NCBI GenBank assembly: GCA_964016885.1
Contig: OZ024740.1
Location: 294,066,001-294,130,000, forward strand
Source: Eledone cirrhosa
Lineage: Eukaryota
Length of the DNA stretch: 64,000 nt
Direction: 5' to 3'
Notes under the pieces: model-generated
What the model was told of the DNA's origin: nothing
What the model saw: only the letters and a program-made list of their open reading frames with translations
The model's database searches: none
Position numbers and translations under genes: made by a program
In this document: positions 1 to 13,600 of the stretch, piece by piece
How the letters are laid out: the number at the start of each line of letters is the position of its first letter
Position numbering within the stretch: position 1 is the stretch's first letter

Positions 1-2720
1 CTCACAAGCCATTCGTCAACACCTAGTTTTCTAAGAGCCCACCAGATAATGGAACGGGGGACTCTGTCGAAGGCTTTCTCCAAGTCGACAAAAGCTAAGT
101 ATAGGGGTTTACTTTTAGCTAGGTACTTCTCCTGTAGTTGTCGTACAATGAAAAGAGCGTCTGTGGTACTTTTGCCTGACACAAACCCGAACTGCATTTC
201 ATCTAGATCAATTCTCTCTCTGATTAGTTGCGCTATTACTTTTTCCGTGACCTTCATGACCTGGTCGATTAATTTAATGCCTCTATAGTTACTCCTATCT
301 AGGGCATCTCCTTTACCCTTATAACAGTTAATGATGATGCTGCTATGCCAGTCCTTCGGAACAACCCCATTCTGTACGACTTGGTTTACTATCCGGGTGA
401 CCATGGTGTGTCCCACCGTTCCAGATGCCTTCAACATCTCAGCAACTATTTCCGAAGGCCCAGCCGCCTTACCTGTCTTCATATCTTTGATTGCCTTACT
501 TATTATACTACCTTCAACTAACACTACTGGTCCCTCTATTGGGTCTATGTGGGGGAGACTGTCTTTCTCCCATTTATTCTCCTCATTTAGTAGCCTTTCG
601 TAGTGACACTTCCAAGCTATCTTCTTATCAGCGTCAGTGATGGCAAGTACGCCATCATCATTTAGTACACACTTCTCCCCGACAATATCACGGTTTTCCT
701 TGACACATTGCCTAGCAATCCTAAACACCTCACGTTTTTGGTCCTCGCGTTGTAGAACATGCTTGAACTTTCTTTCCTCTGCTTCCCTTCTTGCGAAGTA
801 CACTTGTCTCCTAGCTTCCCTCCTGGCCACTTGATAGTCTTCTCTACTTCCCCCATCCCGCCATACTTTCCAAGCCTGCTTTTTGGCCTTAATTGACTCC
901 TCCACCTTACTGTTCCACCACCATGTTACTCTCCTCCTACCTACAGGCCTGCTCAACCACAGACTTCGTCTGCCGCCGTCAGCAGGTTTGCTTTCAGGAA
1001 TTCCCACTGTTCCTCTATATTGTACGACTCTAATTGCTCTTCCTTACTGTCGAAATTTATTTCTGGCTGTGGGGTCCTTTAGCTTCCATATTTTTCTCCT
1101 GAGGATAGTCCTGTTCTGCTGTCTAGACGTCTCGTCCTGATTATTAGGTCGCTAATTATCAGTCTATGTTGGGAGGTGCATTCTTCATGGGGGAGGGATT
1201 TAGTGTTTACAACAGACACTCTGTCACGTCTTCTGGTAAGGATATAATCTACCTGGCTGGTATGTTCCCCTGATCTGTAGGTGATCAGGTGATTGTCACG
1301 TTTTTTGAAGTTAGTGTTACAGATAGTTAGGTTATTTGCGTCACAGAATTCCAGGATTCTGGAGCCTTCCTCATTTCTAGTACCAAACCCATAGCCTCCA
1401 TGGATTTCGTCGTAGCCGTCACAATGTTGTCCAACGTGACCATTTAGGTCGCCTGCAATAATTATATAGTCACTGTCGGTTATTTGGGAGGTAGTGAGCA
1501 TCAGTGTCTCATAGAATCTGTCTTTTATAGTGCCGGGCAGTCCGGATTGGGGTGCGTACGCAGATATTACTGTCACCATAGTTCTATTGAGGACAAGTCT
1601 TATTTTAATTATTCTGTCGTTCACTCTATTTACGTCTATTATCTTATCTGCCCACTTTTCTGCTACCATGCATGAATCCTACTCCACCCAACCCATTGTC
1701 ATTTCCCACCCAGAAAAGCTTATAGCATTGTTTTTTACCCACAATGAATCTAGCAGACCCACTCCTCCACCTGGTCTCTTGAATACAACAAACATCGACC
1801 TCCTTACGTTCAAGCATTTCTACAATCTCGTTAGAGCGACCCTTTAAGGTGCCTACATTCATGGTACCAACTCTGAAGTTTTGGATTGCGTTTGGAGGGT
1901 GGGAGCGGTGGGGCGCGGGGGGAGATGGGGTGATGTTAGCCATCCGCGGCCGAAACAAAGAGGAGTGCTCGCATTCTCGTCCACGAGGTGAATTTGTCTT
2001 TATCTTTGGCATTGTCGCTGAGCGTCCAGATTTTTCTCTCTTCAACTCTCCAGAATTCCGTAGTCCATCCATCCATCATATTAAAAGGCAACCAGGTAAG
2101 CGATAGTATAGGCCTCTGGCTTATGATTGGTCCACATAATAATAATGGTGGTGCGTGGGGGCGGGCGGGAGGGATGTTGAGTTGTTAGCGAGAAGGTAAG
2201 GTTTAAATAAGATCCCCGTATTTAACAAGCAATAACAAAAATACAAGATTTGTTTTGGAAAATACGACAAAAATACAGGAGGATTTGTTTTAGAAATACG
2301 GTAGACTAGCGAGTAGCGAGGCAAAGATTGGATTCGGGGAAGAGAAAATGGTATAGAATTGTCGGATGGGGTGGACTATGGAATTGAGTGGAGTGTAGAA
2401 ATGGAAAAAAAATGTGTACATTACATTACATTATACCGTGAAGAAAGCAGCCATGAATTTGGCGAATGAGATTACTTGTAGGGTTTATCTTATATATATA
2501 GATAGAGAGAGAGAGATGGGGGGGGGGGGGGGCGCATGATGTAGAGTGGGGTGGCTGACCGCGAACCCTCATGATGTAGGGGAGGGGGAGAAGATAGTAA
2601 GGAGCGGGAATTAAGAGTTTAAATACGGTCCTCGAAATAACAAATATATTTAAAAAGAATATATAAGAAGAAGGGTTTTTTTGTTTTGTTTTGAAAAATA
2701 CGACAGAATTAAGGTTGGGT
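1..2720 (-). mobile_element. RTE-clade LINE (family A), 5' part: APE endonuclease plus start of RT, frameshifted; continues beyond window start
   Basis: ORFs 1644..2072 (RVGTMNVGTLKG, VDVCCIQETRW) and 1079..1669 (SAYAPQ, AGDLNGHVG, QVDYIL, SQHRL) are APE motifs. Near-identical to the copy at 18930-23675. The 5' limit (~2720, at a TA array) is approximate. Confidence 0.88.
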
Positions 2721-2739
2721 TATATATATATATACATAC

Positions 2740-3232
2740 ACATATACATACACACACACATATATACACACACACATACATTAATAACAATAATAATAAT
2801 AATAATGATTTCATTTATTAGCCACCAGGGCCGACATGTAGGGGACAATATAAAGACAGGGACAGTGGGGGTTTACAATAAGGTGGAGTAAAAGTGCACA
2901 AATAATAATAATAATAACAACAATAATAATAACGACAACAACAATAATAATATACATATATATATATATATACACATACACGCACACACATAAACATATC
3001 TATACACACACACGCGATAGCAACTAACAGCGCTGCGATCGAATGTGGCTTTTTAGCCCAGCCAATGATCTAAAATGTCTTGCACAGAGTCGGCAACCAA
3101 AATATTCACTGGGAATAGTCGGCTGTGGTTGGAGTTCGTGTACTTTTGCATGTCGCTTGAGCCCTCCTGCTGATTTACATTCTCTACCACATGTTTGGCA
3201 AGCATGATGAGTAGCATCTCCAACAGCAGCCT
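2740..3232 (-). mobile_element. 3' fragment of the zinc-finger RTE LINE (two C2H2 fingers plus microsatellite-rich 3' UTR)
   Basis: ORF 3024..3236 (CQTCGRECKSAGGLKRHAKVH...CRLCARHFRSLAGLKSH) and its flank are nearly identical to ~10730-11110. Confidence 0.85.
2807..2900 (-). mobile_element. Short 3' end of a Tx1-like element inserted in (AAT)n
   Basis: Resembles the Tx1 3' end at 4848-4910 (tttatta-ccac-aggg). Absent from the homologous (AAT)n tract at ~10770-10830. Confidence 0.6.
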
Positions 3233-4341
3233 GCACGACGAATAAGGAAATTTCAGACTTTCTCAGAGTCAGCAGGAGAATGGTGGAAAAGGTCAGAAAG
3301 GAATTGGAAGATTCAGGATTCGACTACAAAGCAACATCAGAGAGGAAAACACATGATCGACGATCTGACGCCTTAAGAACGAGTTCGTCGCTGAAGTTCA
3401 GGATATCATCAACAATGAACCTAGCAAGTCGATGCGTGCCATTGCAAGGGAGAAAGGCGTGGATGAAAAGCTCATTAGGCTGGTGGTACATGAAGACATT
3501 CGCTACGTTTCATACAAGATGAGGAAACAACAATTTCTGTCAAACGCGATGCAAGAAAAGCGACTGAAGCACGCAAAGAAGCTGATCAATAAGTTGAAAC
3601 ACCCACTGGATCCAGACATGCTGTGGTTTTTCTCCGACGAGAAAAACTTCTGCCAAGACCAGAAAATCAACTCCCAGAACAACAGGTGGCTCGCTGTCTC
3701 ATCCAAAGACGTGCCCAGAGTCACGCAGACAAAGTTTCCAGTGACAACATTGGTCTTAGGTGTCGTCAGCAGTCAAGGTGACGTCATGCCACCTCACTTC
3801 TTCCCTGAAGGCCTCAAGCTTAACACTGATGGCTACATCCGCGTTCTGAGCGAGGTAGTAAAGCCCTGGATCGACGAGGTAGCTGCAGGTAGGCCGTAGA
3901 TGTAGCAGCAAGACTCAGTGCCCTGCCATACCGGCCGAAAGACCCAAGCCTGGCTGTCGTCAGAGAACTTCATCGACCATACTTTACCTGACATCTGGCC
4001 TTGCAGTTCGCCTGACTGCAACCCCTCAACTTCTTTGTGTGGGGCGCAGTGGAACGAGACACCAACAGATCTAGCTGCAATACGAAAGACGATCTGAAGG
4101 CCAGGATCACAAGTGCCTTTAGGGACCTAAGTCGGGGGGACAGTGACGAAGGCCTGTAGCCAGTCCCGAGGGCACCTTGAGGCCGTCATCAAAGCCAATG
4201 GCAGGTTTATTGAGTGAGATCGAAAGAATAAGTCATGAAGACAAAATGACCCAAGTTTGATAAATATATCTTAAAAAATAAAACTACTGTGTTATTTTTT
4301 CTTAGACAGTAATCTTGCGAACAAATATCGTCCGCACCCTA
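3233..4341 (+). mobile_element. Tc1/mariner DD37D (maT)-like DNA transposon, 5'-truncated, with stops and a frameshift
   Basis: ORF 3432..3899 contains WFFSDEKNF. It continues as QQDSVPCH...WPCSSPDCNP(L)NFFVW, with D-to-D(N) spacing of about 37-38. Right end ...atcgtccgcacccta is followed by TA. Confidence 0.8.
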
Positions 4342-4400
4342 TATATATACACATACATATATACATACATATATATATATACATACATACATATATATAT

Positions 4401-4737
4401 GGAAGCACATGGCTTAGTGGTTAGAGCATTGGAATTGCAATCAAAAGGTTCTGAGTTCAATTCTCAGACCGGGTGATGTGTTGTTTCCTTGAGCAAGACA
4501 CTTTATTTCACATTGTTCCAGTTTCCTCAGCTGTAGAAATGAGATGATAGGGACTGGGGTCCATATCATTCCACTGCAAAGTGGTCGTGGAGGTACCACG
4601 GCAAAAAAGCACCCAGCACTCACTGTAAATGAGGTTGGTGTTAGGAAGGGCATCCATCTGTAGAAATCAAGCCAGAATCAGTTCCCGTCCCACCCTTGCA
4701 AGCAGGGAAAAGCGGACGTAAAATGATGATGATGATG
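4401..4737 (+). mobile_element. tRNA-derived SINE with LINE-derived tail
   Basis: A box TGGCTTAGTGG, B box GAGTTCAATTCTC, tail GGAAAAGCGGACGTAAA(ATG)n. At least 6 copies in the window. Confidence 0.88.
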
Positions 4738-4765
4738 ACAAACATACATACATACATACATACAT

Positions 4766-4807
4766 GATGGCTGTCCCCTCGTTATCGAGTATGGCCATTG
4801 CACGAGG
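4766..4807 (-). mobile_element. 3' terminal stem-loop of the zinc-finger RTE, separated from its body by the Tx1 insertion
   Basis: Minus strand GGCCATACTCGATAACGAGGGGACAGCCATC matches the RTE tail at 31344-31376. Confidence 0.65.
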
Positions 4808-5080
4808 AAAAAAAAAATAAAAAAAAAATAATAATAATAATAATAATGTTTTCTTTATTAACCACAAGGGTTTACATAAAGTAGACATTAAGGACAATAC
4901 AGGACGGCACAAATGGGCATTTCTGCGTGTAAAAAAACAGAGGATGTAATAAAATAACAAAGAAAAATTCCCCAATAGGGGGGAGACTTCCGAGGGACAT
5001 TTGTGGAGAAAGCCCATTAAAAGACCACAGTGACCCTGACCACCAGGGCAAGTGCCCTCTCCCAGTTTTCCACCTTTAAT

Positions 5081-8000
5081 TTACAGACACATACTCAGAG
5101 AAGGCCCATTCATTCGGGCCATACTTGCTTCTCTCACCCATCTTTCAATAAAATGCTGGGAAGAGAGCACTTCCCTCTCTACCCTGATTTTCCTTTTCAA
5201 ATGAAATTTGAAAAAGTTAATCAGGGCATCACCGAAGAGGTAAGTGCTCGTCTTCAGCCCTTTCAAACGTGTCTACCATACTATCTCTTTCGCCATGGCC
5301 ACCAGACAGATAAAAACTGCCTGCCCTTCCCGGCTAAAGGAAGAGGGCGGGGCAATCCTCACGATGGACTCAGCTGATAGCTGGATCCGTCCTACACGTG
5401 ACAGCAGGTGTTCGACATAAACCCACAAGTCAGCAATGCTCGGACACTGGACGAGTGCGTGCAGGACGGTTTCGTCGCCCTGTGCGCATCTCGGACATGC
5501 CCGGCTGACGGCACCTCCATGCCTGTAGAGTTTATCCCGAACTGGCAAAGCACCCCGGTAGCACTGCCAGGCCAGGGATTTCTGGAAGTTGTCCATAGGC
5601 CCCGGCCCGAAAGTCCTTCCGAAGAGATTGGCTAGTTGATTTTCGTCGACGCCTAGAGTTTCCCCAAGTACGTCGTCGCTCTTCCCCTCCACCAATCCTC
5701 TATAGAACGCCAAGGTGGAGTTTCCACCGATCACATTGCCCGATTGGTCGAGGGCTGTGAGCGCCTGAAGACATTCCAGTCTCCAAGCGCTCCCTCTCGG
5801 TCTTCGCTTGACCCAGGACTGCAGCTCCGTCAAGGAGACGAGCTGGGGAAAAACGTGTCTAGCAAACGGCGACCACACCTGATCACCGTCGAGGAAGATG
5901 TGGAGATGTCGTAGCCTCAGCGCGTGTCTGCGCATCATCAGCCACGGCATGCCCAGCCCTCCACGTAGCGGGTGTTGACAGCAGATGGACCGCCTGACCA
6001 TTGGAGCGCGTCCCTTCCACAAGAAGCGAAAGAGCAAACGCTCCAGCGTAGTCAGGCAGGGCTTAGGACAAGGTACGACGGTCAGGCGGTAGTAGATGAC
6101 GGATGCGATGTACGCGTTAGCCACCTCCGCTCGACCTTTCAGGGATAGCTTCCTCTCGGCCCATTTCTGGGTGAGAGAAGCCACCCTGCTCGTCACCTCG
6201 TCCCAGTTTTTGTCCGTCTGGAGGTCTGGACCGAACCAGACCCCTAGCAATTTAACCTGTCCGTCCGTCCAGCGCCCGACGACGCTGTTGGACGGCATGG
6301 ACCTGCCTCTCCAGGTGCCGAGCTGCAGGCCCAGTGACTTTTCCTGGTTGATCATTGCTCCTGTCACCGCTTCGTATTCTCTTAGTGTAGTGCCGATCGC
6401 CTCGATGTGTTTGGCGTTCGACACCACTGCGGTGACATCATCCGCATCCTAGTTCGCGCGGGACCCCCCTCAACCTCTCCGGTTTGTGCAGTAATGGCTC
6501 GAGAGTCAATACGTACAATAGGGACGAGAGGAGACATGCTTGGCGGACCGAGCGCATGATGTTGAACAGTTCCGAAATTTGACCGTTCACTCTCACTACA
6601 GAGCAGATGTCGCTGTGCATGGCAGCGATCCAGCCTCTGAAGACGGGCCCAAAGCCAGCCGCCCTCAGGACTGCCGCTAGGTAACGATGGTCGATCCTTT
6701 CGAAGGCTTTCGACTGATCTAAATTGATCAAAGACCCACTCGTGCCAGGTTCCCTAGCTACCCTCTCTACGATGTATCGCATGAGGTGGAGGTTGTCGTG
6801 GATGGATCTGTCGGGAATGGCGCATGTCTGTGCCTCTCCCACCAGACCACCAACGACAAGCGCCAACCTCTTTGCTAGCACCTTGGCCAAAATCTTGAAC
6901 TCTGTGTTTAGCAGAGTTATGGGCCTAAAATTATCTATGTTATCCCCCCTGTTCGGATCCTTTCTCAGCAGTGCCACCGCTCCTCAGCTCACAGAGCTGG
7001 AAATTCTCCCGTTCTGTTGCCAGTTGCAGTAGACGTCTGCCAAGAGGCCTCCGAACAAGTCTGGCATTTGTACGTAAAGTTCATAGGGCAGACCATCTAA
7101 ACCAGGCGATTTACCCCTTGTGCAGCCAGTCATTGCCTCCCGTACTTCAGCGGTTGTTCTCGGCTTTTCGCAACACTCCGCCTCAGTGGCCGAAAGCCGC
7201 GGCAGTCTGTCGAGGTAGACACTAAAGTCCATCCCTCGATCCAGCCCGCCACTGCCCCCGAACAGTTGAGCGAAGTGTCTCTGAAAAGCTTCACACATTT
7301 GCCCGGGATCGAGTAGCATGCGCCCGTCGTGGTCCACCAAAGACCGGATCGTGGCTTTATTGCTACGACGCGCCTCCGACACTCGGGCCCATTGAACGGC
7401 TTTCGTCCCCTCGTGTCTGAGAGCACGCACCCTAGCTCTGACAACGCAGCCTTCGTGCTTTGCATTGAAGAATTGGTCAAGGGCCAATTTCGCCGCAAGT
7501 ACGTCGGTCACGATGCCTTTGCTAAGCGCCTCGTCTAATTTTCTAACTAATTCTCCCTCTGCTCTATTTTTCTCTATTGCTAAAGCCTTACTAAACCTAA
7601 TGGACTCTATTCTAATTGCTCTTTTCAGAGCAAACCACCACTTGTTGTTGACGATGGCCCCCGTCAACGCCCGCTTAACTAGTTCGCTAATCCGGTCTCT
7701 GTAGGCCTTGCGCGCTGGTAAGGACGCGTTTAGCTTCCAGTAGCCGGGTCCTCGTCTATGAAGCCTATCTAAGTCAAGCACACAGATCACGAATTTGTGG
7801 TCCCTGTAGCTGACTATCTTGAATTGTGGACAGCCTATGCTAGACCTATCTATTTCCCTACAAAATACTCTATCTAGATATGATCTGGATGACCCTATGC
7901 GATTTGTCCAAGTCCACATTGGTACATTCGGGAAATCCATTCGGTACCTGTCAGACAGTTCATAATGCCTGAGCAGGTTGATGAGACTCTTGCACCCTCC

Positions 8001-8464
8001 TTCCCTATCCACTAATCCCACACAATCCCAGCGTGCATCTAAGATCCCGTTCCAGTCGCCCACTAACACTAAAGAGCGAGACGTTCCAAGAAAGGTCTCC
8101 AGACGCCGGAAGAAATCAGGCCGCCCTGCTCCTGTCGGCGCATAGACGCCACTAACCTGAAAGCTTGCCCTTCTCCGCTGGTCACGTCCAGCACCACCAA
8201 CTTACCTTCTGGGTCCAGGAAGATGGCCCGTATGGCAAGATCCAAACCTCTCCGAAAAAGCACAGCAACTCCTCCCCCCGATCCTGGAGCGTACACATCG
8301 TAGCCGCCGAAGATTGGTGCGAAGGCCCGTGCTTCGGAGATTCTGGTTTCGCTGATGGCCACTACATCTATGTTTAGTGACCTGAGGTCGTTGAGCAGGT
8401 GGCCCTGCTTCCATGACGACCCCAAGCCACGCGCATTTATGCTGCCTATTCTGAGTGAGGTCAT
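5081..8464 (-). pseudogene. Tx1 ORF2 (APE-RT-zf-RVT), frameshifted
   Basis: MTSLRIGSINARGL, GDWN, YLDRVF, KSPGLDGLP, FRPITLLN, LDQSKAF, ADDVT, CPRC...ETVLHALVQC across ORFs 8069..8464, 6984..8069, 6438..6977 and 5273..6427. Confidence 0.88.
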
Positions 8465-8498
8465 GTTGAAAAGGAGTGGAAAAGATGGGAAAGACCAC

Positions 8499-10475
8499 TT
8501 ACCTTACTTCTCGTAGGGGAAGGACAGTTTTTCCATCCTTTTCACTGCTTGTGGCCTCCTCCGGAAGGATGTCCTTATAAATCCTCCTGGAGAGTGCTTG
8601 TCGGAAGTCTCCGATGTCTTTGGGGAATTTTTGTTTTAGTGTCATGTACGTTTTCTGTGTGATGCGAGTGATTTGTATGTGTGAAGGTGGTGTGAATTTT
8701 TGGGTTGTTGTGTAGTCTTTTTCTGTGATGCTGGTGTTGTGTTGGATGTAGTGTAATAATTGCTTGTTGTTCAAATTTAATGCTGTGTAGTGTGTATCGT
8801 TTTGGTTGTTTTGTTTTGTTTTGTTTGCGTTTGTTGTGGGTTTGTTTCTGTTTCGCATTTTGGTGACTTTTGTGGTGTAGGTGATGGTGGTGTTGGGGTT
8901 AATGATGGTGATGGTGTTGGTGTTTGGGTTGATGGGGTTGGTGATGCTGGTGTGGATGGTGGCATATCTGTCCTAACTTTTTTGTTTGTTAATTTATTTG
9001 TTTCCCTCTGTATTTTGTTTTTGGAGGGGGAAGGAAGAGAATTTTTCTTTTTTGGTTTCTTTTTTTTTTTCCTGATACCTTTTCCCACTCCTCGTCGTCA
9101 CAATCTGTCTCCAGTTGTGATAGGCCGGGGAGTGGAAAATCCTCCACAGGCGTTAGTTTTGGTTGTGGCGTGGTGGATGGTGGAGGCGCTGGTGCTAGTT
9201 CTGAAGCGTTGGGTGGTGGTGGTGTTGGTTTTGCTGGTGGTGGTGGTGTTGGTTTTGCTACTGTTGCTGGGGTTGTTGCTGTTATAGTTGCTTCTGTTGT
9301 TGCTGCTACAGTTGTTGCTGCCATCTCTGCTACTGGTGGTGTTGATGGTTGTGTCACTGGGGTGGGTAGGAGAGGTGGCCTCAACCTTTTAGCCTGAGGG
9401 CAGAAAGCCCTTAGGTGGGTTCCTTCACCACAAACGACACACCTAGGCCTTCTGCCCTCGACAATTACGGTGAGGTGGCTGCTGTCAGTGAGGTCTATTA
9501 CCTCTGGGATCTCCTCAATGCTTTTTTGGTCCGCTTGGATCAGGAGCTCCATCCCAGATCCGGACCAGTTCTCCTGCTTTTCTTTTGCTATTATCTTTGT
9601 GTTGGCTTCGATGCCGGCGAGGTCGGCCGCTATTAGCCAGGGAATTTCGATGGCCGGTGGAACGTGGATCACCCTGATCTTTACGAGTCTCTGGCCACAA
9701 TAGCTTGGGATGAGTGTGAAGTCGTCACTTCTTAATGTGGCCATGGAGTGTTCTCTAGCCTCCTCTGGTGTTTCAAAGAACACGTCCACGGTTCCATACT
9801 TCTGCCCACGTCTGATGTGGGTTTTTCTTGCCCACACATGTCCCAAAGCTTTTTGGATTTAGGACTTGGATGCCCGTTCCACTCGGCGCGATTTTACATT
9901 TATTGTTCGATACGACACGGTGCATAGGCGCCGATGCTCCATCTTATTAGGTGGAGGGGTGAGGCTGACCCTGTACCCATCTTTCTTTACCATTTGTTTG
10001 GCATTTTCTAAATCCTCCTGAGTTACCGTAAATGCTTCGAACTGTTTTGCTACTCTAGCAAAACTCAGGGTGGTTTTTTTAATGTCATTGTTGTTGTTGT
10101 TGCTATCGTTATTTTTGTTATTATTAATTTTAGTTTCAGTTGTGGTGGTGGTGACGTCATTGAAAGTCGGTTTGGGAGAGTCCATTTTGGTTGAAAATAT
10201 TTCGACATCACGAGTTGATTTATTTTTTTTCCTTTTGTTTCTGTTGTCGCGGTGGTGGTGGTGGTGGTGGCAGCTTTAACACCTGCAGTCATTGGTAATG
10301 GCGGGAAATGAATGTCTGCCTGAGACAAATTTAAAATATTGCTAGTGCTTAAATTGCTTGTGTTGGAAGACGTATAATCATTTACAATGGTGGTGTCGGT
10401 GTGAGGTGTTAATTTGTGAGAAAGGCTTTCAGCTTCTTGGTGCAGTGGTGAATTAGCCATTTTTTTTTCAAACAA
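8499..10475 (-). pseudogene. Tx1 ORF1 (gag-like, zinc knuckle, Pro/Thr-rich and basic tail), frameshifted
   Basis: ORFs 10065..10475, 9859..10185, 8989..9846, 8777..9088 and 8499..8858, with a CX2CX4HX4C motif at ~9400-9441. Confidence 0.75.
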
Positions 10476-10670
10476 ATTTTTTGATAATCATAAAAGTTTA
10501 AATTTTGGGCACAAGGCCCCAATCTTTTTGGGTGTCCTTTTCAGAAAACAATGTATGTGCGCTTATATATAGTTAACAATAAAAATTTTCCATAAATGGC
10601 AATTTTTAACAAACGGAAATAACAAACCTTTGCGGAGCTCACGATGATACGATTTACTACGTAGGTCGCC

Positions 10671-13600
10671 AATAATAATAATAATAATAATAAATAAAAA
10701 AAAAAAAAAGAAATATATATATATACATATACATACACATATACACACACACACACCCACACACACATACATTAATAACAATAATAATAATAATAATAAC
10801 AACAATAATAACGACAACAACAATAATAATATACATATATATATACACACACGCGCACACACATAAGTGTATCTACACACACACACACACACGATAGCAA
10901 CTAACAGCGCTGCGATCGAATGTGGCTTTTTAGCCCAGCCAATGATCTAAAATGTCTTGCACAGAGTCGGCAACCAAAACATTCACTGGGAATAGTCGGC
11001 TGTGGTTGGAGTTTGTGTACTTTTGCATGTCGCTTGAGCCCTCCTGCTGATTTACATTCTCTACCACATGTTTGGCAAGCATGATGAGTAGCATCTCCAA
11101 CAGCAGCCTGGTAGTCAACCACTGGTCTTACTTTATGACTGCGAAGATGACTTTCGAGTCCAGCTTTGCTTAGGCAGAGTCTCGCACATATGCTGCATGT
11201 CAGCACCATAGGAGGACCCTCGCCGTCTGGAAGTGCAACAGCAATGCCCTTCCTCACATCCCGCTTTACTTTCTCGTATGCGATTCGAGATGCCTCAAAG
11301 GCAACTTTTCCCTCATATACAGTCTTTCTCCATTTATTACGATCAGCAGCAATATTCTCCCATGTATCAGCAGAGATGTTAGCGTCTTTCAGAGAGGCTT
11401 TCAAGGAATCCTTATACCTCTTTTTTGGTTTATGTGGCGGTCGTTTTCCTTTAACCAACTCTCCATAAAAGAGTTGTTTTGGTATTCTAGAATCCTTCAT
11501 CCTGGCAAGGTGACCACTCCAACAGAGTCGTTGCTTAAGCACAAGAGCTTCTATACTGTCACACATAGAGCTTTCCAAAATCTCGACATCACTGATGTGG
11601 TCCCTCCAGTGAACGCCATGGATCCGTCTGAGACACATCTGATGGAAACGCTCCAATTGCTTAAGGTGGTGTCGATATGTGACCCAGGTCTCGCAGGCAT
11701 AAAGAAGACGAGAGCACACATGCCCTGTACACCTTTACCTTTGTCCTCCTGCATATGTCTCGCCGACTCCAGAGTCGCCTTTCTAGCTTTCCGAAAGCAT
11801 CACTTGCTTTCCTAATCCTAAGTGAGATTTCACTGTCAAGGTTGCTGTATCGATTGACAGTGCTTCCCAGGTAGACAAACTGATCAACCACTCCAAGTCG
11901 TTTGCCATACACATAGATGTTTGGTTCAGTGTACTGCTTACCAGGGGCAGGTTGGTACATGACGGTTTTCTTGAGACTGACAGTCAGACCTAGGGCAGTG
12001 CAAGCGTCAGAAAATGCATTCAAATGTGCTGCATATCACTGTGTGCGCTACAAGATCGCAATCATCTGCATACAAGAGGTCTCTTATGATTGATGCAAAC
12101 ACTTTTGTCTTCGCAGCAAAGCGCCTGATGTTAAATATGCTGCTTGAGGTTCGATATCGGATGTAAACACCATGCTCGCAATTCCTGAATGCAATACAGA
12201 AAACCATTGCAAAGTATATGGCAAACAGGGTCGGTGCTGGAATATCCCCCTGCTTCACTCCATTTTTTACTGAGATAGGCTCCGACATGTTACCCCCGAC
12301 ATTAACCCAAGCCTTCATGTTATCATGGAAAGACCTAACTAAAGCAAGGAACTTATCAGGGCAACCAAGTTTCTGGAGAACCTTCCATAATGCATCTCTG
12401 TTAACAGTATCGAAAGCTTTTGTCAGATCGACAAAAACCTGATACAGATCCAAGCCTTGTTCCATGCACTTCTCCTGGAGCTGTCTAGCTGAGAAGATCA
12501 TATCAGTAGTGCCGCGTCCAGCACGAAAACCAGATTGACTTTCAGGAAGAACACAATCTGCAATGTGTGTCAGCAGACAGTCCAGAAGCACCCTACATAA
12601 AACTTTCCCTACGACAGAAAGCAATGATATACCTCTGTAGTTCCCACAATCGTTCCTGTTACCCTTTCCCTTGTACAAGACCACCATTACTGCATCTCTC
12701 CAGTCCTCAGGTACGGATTCATTAGCCCATATCCTGCCAAACAAAGAGTGAAGATGTTGCAGGAGTCTCTCACTACCATATTGTAGGAGCTCAGCATGTA
12801 TGCCATCCATGCCTGGAGATCTTCCACTGTTCAGCTTCGAAATAGCCACTGCAACCTCCACAAGCGTCGGAGGTTCTGCGAGAGCTACTTTCACAGGACT
12901 TTCTGGAATGAGATTGAGGAAATCTTCACTGACGACAGACGGCTGATTCAAAAGATCATCAAAGTGCTCTTGCCACCTTCGTAGAATTCCTTGTGAGTCA
13001 CGAAGAAGTTTTTTGCCATCCTTGCTGCGAAGCGGTGTCACCAGAGAAGAAGACGGTCCATAAACCTCACGCAAGAGACTGTACAACAGCTTTGTGTTAT
13101 TGGAATCAGACGTAGTTTGTATCTCACCAGCCTTCTCACTCCACCACTGATCCTTCATCTGAGAAAGACTCCGCCTAACACGTGATTTTACATCCCTGAG
13201 TTCCTCATGCAACGTATTCCTCTCCTGTGGTTTTGCCGTCAAGTAGCGTGACAGAGCACGCCTCTTATCAGCCAACAAGTCTTCTATATGTACATCATTC
13301 TCATCAAACCAGTCCTGATGTTTCCTCTGCGCCAATCCCAGAACACGCCTGCCTACATCATAAACCGACTTTTTAAGGGTCGGCCAATCCTCACCAAGAT
13401 CTGCAGCCTGCATCTCTTCTTCCAATGTCCTCTTCACATTTTTATCCTTAAGACGAGCAGCATTCAATCTTTTGGGCAGGGCAACACCAGGAACCCAGAT
13501 TTTACGTTTAGTGATTAGTTTCACTTTTGCGCGTACCAGGCGGTGGTCCGTCCAGCACTCAGCTCCACGAAGAACACGAACACACTGCACATCCTGTCTG

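Larger units (their letters stand above)
4848..10670 (-). mobile_element. Apparently full-length Tx1/L1-group non-LTR retrotransposon (ORF1+ORF2, degenerate) inserted in (AAT)n
   Basis: ORF1 pieces carry a CCHC knuckle (CVVCGEGTHLRAFC). ORF2 pieces carry APE, RT and C-terminal CCHC. There are (AAT)n tracts at both junctions. Confidence 0.9.

Noticed and set aside
4401-4475. tRNA gene
   Set aside because: tRNA-like SINE head without a proper acceptor stem, continuous with the SINE body.
10901-11200. Host C2H2 zinc-finger gene
   Set aside because: The fingers are the in-frame C-terminus of the RTE ORF.
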